Source: a virus
Length of the DNA: 46,312 nucleotides
IMG/VR virus record: IMGVR_UViG_3300013016_000007
Reading direction: 5' to 3' (one strand)
Shown here: positions 42,433-46,312 of the stretch, one piece after another
Position numbering within the stretch: the first letter of the stretch is position 1
How the letters are laid out: every line of letters starts with the position of its first letter
Translations under genes and position numbers: made by a program
The notes under the pieces: model-generated
What the model saw: the letters and a program-made list of their open reading frames with translations, nothing else
Databases searched by the model: none
Told to the model about the DNA's origin: nothing

Positions 42433-43545
42433 ATTCCAAAAAAATTTAAAAATTTATATCCTAAAATATATAACTTTTCAAACTTATTAGTTTCTTATGA
42501 AAATGCTAGAAAATCTAAACGATATACTAATCAAGTTCTTGAATTTACTAATCAGTTAGAAAGTAATTTAATCAACCTTCAAAACCAGCTTATCTGGAAA
42601 GAATATTTACCTGGTGAATATCATCAATTCTATGTTTATGAACCTAAGCAGAGGTTAGTTATGGCACTTCCTTTTGAAGATAGAGTGGTCCAGTGGGCTG
42701 TATATAGAAACCTAAACCCTATATTTGATAAAACTTTTTATGAACATAGTTGTGCCTGCCGGATTGGCAAAGGTACTCATTATGCAGCAGACCAGCTGCA
42801 GCACTGGATGAGAAAACTCGACAGGAGCCCAGGGAAAACTTATTATCTCAAAGCTGATGTTGCAAAATATTTCTACAGGATAGATCACAGAACTCTTTTC
42901 GAAATAATCAAAAGAAAGATTGGCTGCAGAGATACTTTAGAGCTGATCTGGAAAATTATCAAAAAAGATGATGGTGAATTTGGGATACATCTCGGTGATC
43001 ATTACTTTGAAAGGGATAAAATTAAAGGAATTGGAATCCCAATTGGTAACTTAACCAGTCAATTATTTGCTAATGTTTATCTAGATTTTATGGATAAATT
43101 CATTAAACATAATTTGAGAGTGAAGCACTATGTAAGATATATGGATGATTTCGTTATCCTGGGAAAATCAAAGAAAGAACTACATACAATTAGACAGGAG
43201 ATAGAAATATTTCTTGCTGATTATCTAAAATTAGAACTTAACAATAAAACTACCGTGGACAATATCTGGAATGGTATAGATTTCTGCGGATATGTTACTT
43301 ATCCACCATATAGAAAATTGAGAAAAAGTACAAAGAGAAAACTGAAAAGGCGGCTTAAATATCTTCAGAAAAAGTATTATAAAGAGGAGGTGGAGATCGA
43401 TGAAATAAATGCCAGTGTTCAAAGCTATTTAGGAATATTAAAACATTGTAATAGCCATAATCTGACAATGTCAGTTATTGGCCAGTTAGAAGATGAAATA
43501 CTTAATCAACTAGATTTAGATGACGTACGAGAACAAAGAAGTTGA
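42433..43545 (+). CDS. DGR reverse transcriptase
   Basis: EPKQRLVMALPFEDRVVQ, YYLKADVAKYFYRIDH, IGNLTSQLFANVYL ([LIV]GxxxSQ), RYMDDFVILG (YxDD). The frame is open from 42400. There is no in-frame ATG/GTG/TTG before 42661, so the start is shown at ATT 42433 (uncertain). Confidence 0.9.
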   Translation: MPKKFKNLYPKIYNFSNLLVSYENARKSKRYTNQVLEFTNQLESNLINLQNQLIWKEYLPGEYHQFYVYEPKQRLVMALPFEDRVVQWAVYRNLNPIFDKTFYEHSCACRIGKGTHYAADQLQHWMRKLDRSPGKTYYLKADVAKYFYRIDHRTLFEIIKRKIGCRDTLELIWKIIKKDDGEFGIHLGDHYFERDKIKGIGIPIGNLTSQLFANVYLDFMDKFIKHNLRVKHYVRYMDDFVILGKSKKELHTIRQEIEIFLADYLKLELNNKTTVDNIWNGIDFCGYVTYPPYRKLRKSTKRKLKRRLKYLQKKYYKEEVEIDEINASVQSYLGILKHCNSHNLTMSVIGQLEDEILNQLDLDDVREQRS

Positions 43546-43608
43546 TGCGATATACAGATAAGCAAATACTTTTGCCTTGTAGCGGGGCTTGGTTTGAGGT
43601 GAAAACAC

Positions 43609-44070
43609 GTGAATGCAAAATGGAGACCATTTTTAGACGAAATAATTTATTACTGGAACAAATTTTTTGAGCATACATTTATTAAAAGTTTTCTTGCGGT
43701 GGGGGGCACATTGCTGACTATGATGTTTGGAGATATGAATGCAGCTATGCAGGGTTTTTTAATTTTGTTGGCAGCAGATTATATGACAGGAATTATCAAA
43801 GCAAGCAAAAAAGGTCAGCTATCTAGCTGGATGTCCCGAAAAGGTTGGGGTAAAATAGCAACTTATGCTATTGTAATATCTCTTGGCCATCTGGTAACCC
43901 AAATAGGTATGAAAGGAATGAGAGATTTTGTTCTACTTTGGGCCGGGGCAACTGAAGCAATTTCTATTTTAGAAAACTGCGATGAACTCGGTGTTGCTAT
44001 TCCTGAATTTATGCGCGAAAAACTTTTAAGAACGAAAGAAAATAAATTTGGAGAGGAGATCAATCAATGA
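43609..44070 (+). CDS. Holin (phage_holin_4 / TcdE-like family)
   Basis: FLILLAADYMTGIIKASKKGQLSSWMSRKGWGKIATYAIV...ATEAISILENCDELG. Three hydrophobic segments. GTG start after GAGGTGA. Confidence 0.85.
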   Translation: MNAKWRPFLDEIIYYWNKFFEHTFIKSFLAVGGTLLTMMFGDMNAAMQGFLILLAADYMTGIIKASKKGQLSSWMSRKGWGKIATYAIVISLGHLVTQIGMKGMRDFVLLWAGATEAISILENCDELGVAIPEFMREKLLRTKENKFGEEINQ

Positions 44071-44549
44071 AAGTTGTAGATGTTAGAGATAAGTTACCAA
44101 CTCATAATTCCAAGAGATATCCAACCAGACCTCTTTCTGCTATATATTATATAGCGGTACATCACAGTCTTACAGATAACATACCAGGTGGTGAAGATGT
44201 CAAGGCTTTTGCAAGATATCATGTCAATAATTTAGACTGGCCGGGCATTGGATATCATTATGTGATTGACACTGACGGAACTGTATATAAGACTAACGCA
44301 GCCAAAACAAAAAGTTATCATGTAGGAAAACATAATCAATCAGCTTTAGGGGTTTGTTTAGTTGGTGATTTTAGAGATTATGACCCAACAGACAAACAGT
44401 ACCAGGCTCTTGTTGAGTTACTAAAAACTTTGCAAGATGCTTATGGCATAACTACCGAAAATATCAAAGGCCACAGCGAATTTGAAGGTTACAAATGGAA
44501 GAAATGTCCTGAGATAGATATGGATCAACTAAGAAAAGAGGTTGAATGA
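44067..44549 (+). CDS. Endolysin: N-acetylmuramoyl-L-alanine amidase (Amidase_2/PGRP), catalytic domain only
   Basis: YIAVHHS, WPGIGYHYVIDTDGTVYKT, HVGKHNQSALGVCLVGDF, KGHSEF...KCP. 160 aa, no wall-binding domain. Confidence 0.88.
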   Translation: MKVVDVRDKLPTHNSKRYPTRPLSAIYYIAVHHSLTDNIPGGEDVKAFARYHVNNLDWPGIGYHYVIDTDGTVYKTNAAKTKSYHVGKHNQSALGVCLVGDFRDYDPTDKQYQALVELLKTLQDAYGITTENIKGHSEFEGYKWKKCPEIDMDQLRKEVE

Positions 44550-44763
44550 TATGACTGAAGATGAAAAGAAAGAATTAAAAGGAAGATTACTTTCATTTGT
44601 CTCTAGAAAGTTTTTGATAGCTCTAGTTATTCTGATAGCTTCTACTGTAATGGTTATGAAAAATCAATTAGATGCGACCCAGTGGCTTGGTATAGTTACT
44701 GCAGATCTTTTAACTTATGATTTTTCAAATGCTTACTCAAAAAAAGCAAAAAAGGAGTGGTAA
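44542..44763 (+). CDS. Small membrane protein (lysis-associated?)
   Basis: 73 aa. Hydrophobic segment FLIALVILIASTVMVM. Overlaps the endolysin stop. Confidence 0.55.
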   Translation: MNDMTEDEKKELKGRLLSFVSRKFLIALVILIASTVMVMKNQLDATQWLGIVTADLLTYDFSNAYSKKAKKEW

Positions 44764-44764
44764 T

Positions 44765-45172
44765 TTGAAGAATAAAACTAAGATTATATTAATTGTAATT
44801 GCTGTAATTATTGCTCTATTACTTTTATTTTTTGTTGGAAAAGAAATTGCTGCAGGTTTTGCAGCCGTCTTAGGAATTTTTGGTTTTAGTAGCAATAAAG
44901 CCCTCAAGAAAAAATCAGAAGAGATTGAGAAAAAAGCTGATCAGGAAAAAGAAATCACTAAAAAAGTAGAAATTAATATTGATGATCGTCAGTCTAAAGA
45001 TGAGCAGCTTCAGCAAAATGATAAAGAAAGAGCTAGCACGGCTGAGGAACTAGAAAAGCAAAGCGAAGGCAGGGAAGAACGTTTAGAAGAGATTGAAAAT
45101 AACCAAAAAGCTCGTAAAGAAAAAGGTAAAGAGCTAAGTGCCAGGCTGGAAGAATTGAAGGAAGGTGATTAA
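44765..45172 (+). CDS. Membrane-anchored coiled-coil protein
   Basis: TTG 44765 lies 7 nt after AAGGAG. N-terminal hydrophobic segments, then a highly charged helical region. Confidence 0.55.
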   Translation: MKNKTKIILIVIAVIIALLLLFFVGKEIAAGFAAVLGIFGFSSNKALKKKSEEIEKKADQEKEITKKVEINIDDRQSKDEQLQQNDKERASTAEELEKQSEGREERLEEIENNQKARKEKGKELSARLEELKEGD

Positions 45173-45644
45173 GATTAAAAAATTACTGATTGTTATTATA
45201 GTTTTGGCTTTGTTATTTTTGCCAGGGCAAGTTAATGCTCAGGATCAGTCTGATATGAGCTATCAAAAACTCTTAGAACGAAATCGAGAGCTTACTGAAA
45301 TCGCTGAAGGGTTCAAACAAAACTGGCAGGAAGCAGAGAAAGATATCGATAAACTGCAGGAAGAAAATAAAGATTTGGTAGCTGAAAGAAATGAATTTAA
45401 ACGATTATATAAAGAAGAAAGAGAAGATAAAAAAGAACAAAGACAACTTTATCTAAGCACTGAAGAAGATTTGAAAAGAGTTTTAAACTCTAATGAAAGA
45501 TTACATCAATACATTGATAGTTTAAATAAAACCATTGACGAATATTTAGGAAGAAGTGATATATCTGTTTCAACCGGAGTCGGTTATAATTTAAAAAATC
45601 CAGAAGAGAGTTTATTTATTGTTCAGCTTGAATTTGGAATTTAA
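45165..45644 (+). CDS. Secreted/anchored coiled-coil protein (Rz-like architecture)
   Basis: N-terminus KKLLIVIIVLALLFLPGQVNA-QD (signal or anchor), then ~120 aa of coiled coil. 159 aa. Confidence 0.55.
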   Translation: MIKIKKLLIVIIVLALLFLPGQVNAQDQSDMSYQKLLERNRELTEIAEGFKQNWQEAEKDIDKLQEENKDLVAERNEFKRLYKEEREDKKEQRQLYLSTEEDLKRVLNSNERLHQYIDSLNKTIDEYLGRSDISVSTGVGYNLKNPEESLFIVQLEFGI

Positions 45645-45672
45645 ATAGATAATTTTTGTAGCGGAGGTAAAT

Positions 45673-45903
45673 ATGCGATACCTTATGTTTTTATTATTAA
45701 TTATTTTAGATTTGATTTTTAGTGCAGGAACATCATTCTTTATCTTGACTAGAAAAATGAAGAAAATTGATAAAAATTCAAGTTGCGGAACTGGAAGTAT
45801 TGGAGAAGCAATTGTCGCCTGGATAGTTGTTGCGGTTATTTTTATAATATTACTTGCTGTATATGGTTCATTATTGTATTGGATCATGTTTCTTTTACTT
45901 TAA
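45673..45903 (+). CDS. Small membrane protein
   Basis: 76 aa with two hydrophobic segments. RBS GGAGGT. Confidence 0.5.
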   Translation: MRYLMFLLLIILDLIFSAGTSFFILTRKMKKIDKNSSCGTGSIGEAIVAWIVVAVIFIILLAVYGSLLYWIMFLLL

Positions 45904-45914
45904 AGGAGGTCGCT

Positions 45915-46118
45915 GTGGCCATTCTAAAAGTCTTACTTATCATTGTAATTTCAATTATTATTTCTGGCCTGCAAAGTTATTCGGTTTATAAATGGTTATT
46001 GAGTGGAGATCATCAAAATCCATTTGCACCTTATGAAAACTCTTTAATAGGTGCTGCAGTTGCCGGGATTGTTTTTGCAACTGTAAACACAACCATATTA
46101 CATTGGATTATATTTTAA
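45915..46118 (+). CDS. Small membrane protein
   Basis: GTG 45915 lies 5 nt after AAGGAGG and is in frame within track ORF 45783..46118. Two hydrophobic segments. Confidence 0.5.
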   Translation: MAILKVLLIIVISIIISGLQSYSVYKWLLSGDHQNPFAPYENSLIGAAVAGIVFATVNTTILHWIIF

Positions 46119-46125
46119 CTATTAA

Positions 46126-46158
46126 CCTCTAGGGCGAAAGCCTTAGGGGTCTTTTTTT
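46126..46158 (+). terminator. Rho-independent terminator at the prophage right end
   Basis: CCTCTAGGGC-GAAA-GCCTTAGGGG (10-bp stem with two G-U pairs, GAAA loop), followed by TCTTTTTTT. Confidence 0.75.
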
Positions 46159-46197
46159 ATGTAAAAATATGGAATGGAACAATCCGGGAACAATTTT

Positions 46198-46237
46198 ATA
46201 GAAAATAAAAATGACCGCCCTTATTAAGAACGGTCAT
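46198..46237 (-). terminator. Rho-independent terminator of tRNA-Leu (right copy)
   Basis: Same hairpin and T-run as at 9-48, inside the att repeat. Confidence 0.7.
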
Positions 46238-46254
46238 CATAGTTGATATAACAA

Positions 46255-46312
46255 TGGTGCCGAAGGTGGGACTCGAACCCACACGGAGTTGCCCCCAACG
46301 GATTTTGAATCC
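46255..46312 (-). tRNA. tRNA-Leu(CAA), 3' portion; the gene continues beyond the window end
   Basis: Same sequence as 66-123: CCA end, acceptor strand, T arm, long variable arm, anticodon loop TTCAAAA. Probably the intact copy, because the left copy lacks a 5' half. Confidence 0.75.

Larger units (their letters stand above)
40639..43545 (+). other. Diversity-generating retroelement cassette (target/VR - avd - TR - RT)
   Basis: VR 41569-41685 aligns with TR 42086-42200 and all mismatches fall at TR adenines. An Avd-like ORF and a DGR-type RT flank the TR. Confidence 0.93.
1..46312. mobile_element. Integrated temperate phage (contractile-tail prophage) inserted in the 3' part of a tRNA-Leu gene
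   Basis: Identical 123-bp direct repeats at both window ends. Integrase and S24 repressor at left; replication, lambda-like head, contractile tail, DGR and lysis modules co-directional on + strand. Confidence 0.92.
46190..46312. repeat. att direct repeat, right copy (attR side)
   Basis: Identical to nt 1-123. Truncated by the window end. Confidence 0.9.

Noticed and set aside
42433-43545. Whether the RT is a retron, group II intron, Abi or CRISPR-associated RT instead
   Set aside because: It has the IGxxxSQ motif rather than the group II QGxxxSP. It has no maturase/X or endonuclease domain. No intron RNA domains or msr/msd-like inverted repeats flank it. It sits next to an Avd gene and a TR/VR pair with an adenine-only mismatch pattern.
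44765-45644. Calling 44765..45172 and 45165..45644 an i-spanin/o-spanin pair
   Set aside because: Neither has a lipobox Cys. The only Cys codon I checked in an alternative frame within 45165..45644 (TGC 45355) lies in a short frame with no Met or lipobox. The host envelope type is unknown, so only an Rz-like architecture is noted.
1-46312. CRISPR arrays, rRNA genes, IS elements or a second remote VR/TR copy
   Set aside because: I saw no regularly spaced repeats, no transposase-like ORFs or terminal inverted repeats, and no other copy of the TR core (…CGTGGTGTCTGTG…) by eye. An exhaustive repeat search was not possible, so a diverged remote VR cannot be excluded.

Overview
The window is one complete integrated temperate phage. 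The repeat-to-repeat period is 46,189 bp and the host is AT-rich, probably Firmicutes-like. Identical 123-bp direct repeats (1-123 = 46190-46312) bound it and carry the 3' part of a minus-strand tRNA-Leu(CAA) gene plus its terminator. The left arm (minus strand) holds a tyrosine integrase, a lysogeny-strand membrane protein and an S24/LexA-type CI repressor. Everything else is on the + strand. In order: a cro-like/antirepressor/Xis-like switch; about 50 small early genes (replisome organiser, G39P-like loader, SSB, dCTP-deaminase-like, metallopeptidase, VRR-NUC, ArpU/sigma-like late regulator); a terminator; a ~55% GC non-coding island (cos site or structured RNA); lambda-type packaging and head genes (Nu1-like, GpA, W, portal, S49/ClpP protease, D, E); a P2/Mu-type contractile tail with a frameshifted chaperone; baseplate genes (V, U, W, J, I); and fibers. 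The standout is a complete diversity-generating retroelement (DGR) between the fibers and the lysis genes. It has a fiber-module target gene with a C-terminal VR (41569-41685), avd, a 106-nt TR (42086-42191) and a DGR-type reverse transcriptase. VR and TR differ at 18 positions, and every one is a TR adenine. Both avd and the RT lack a canonical start codon for their conserved N-termini, and a terminator-like hairpin lies between TR and RT. The right arm has a holin, a single-domain amidase, five small membrane or coiled-coil ORFs and a terminator. A window-wide signal is also reported: the 8-mer TGGCCCGG occurs at least 23 times, 16 of them on the + strand, where fewer than 0.1 are expected. 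All protein calls rest on motif recognition by eye. No database search was possible.
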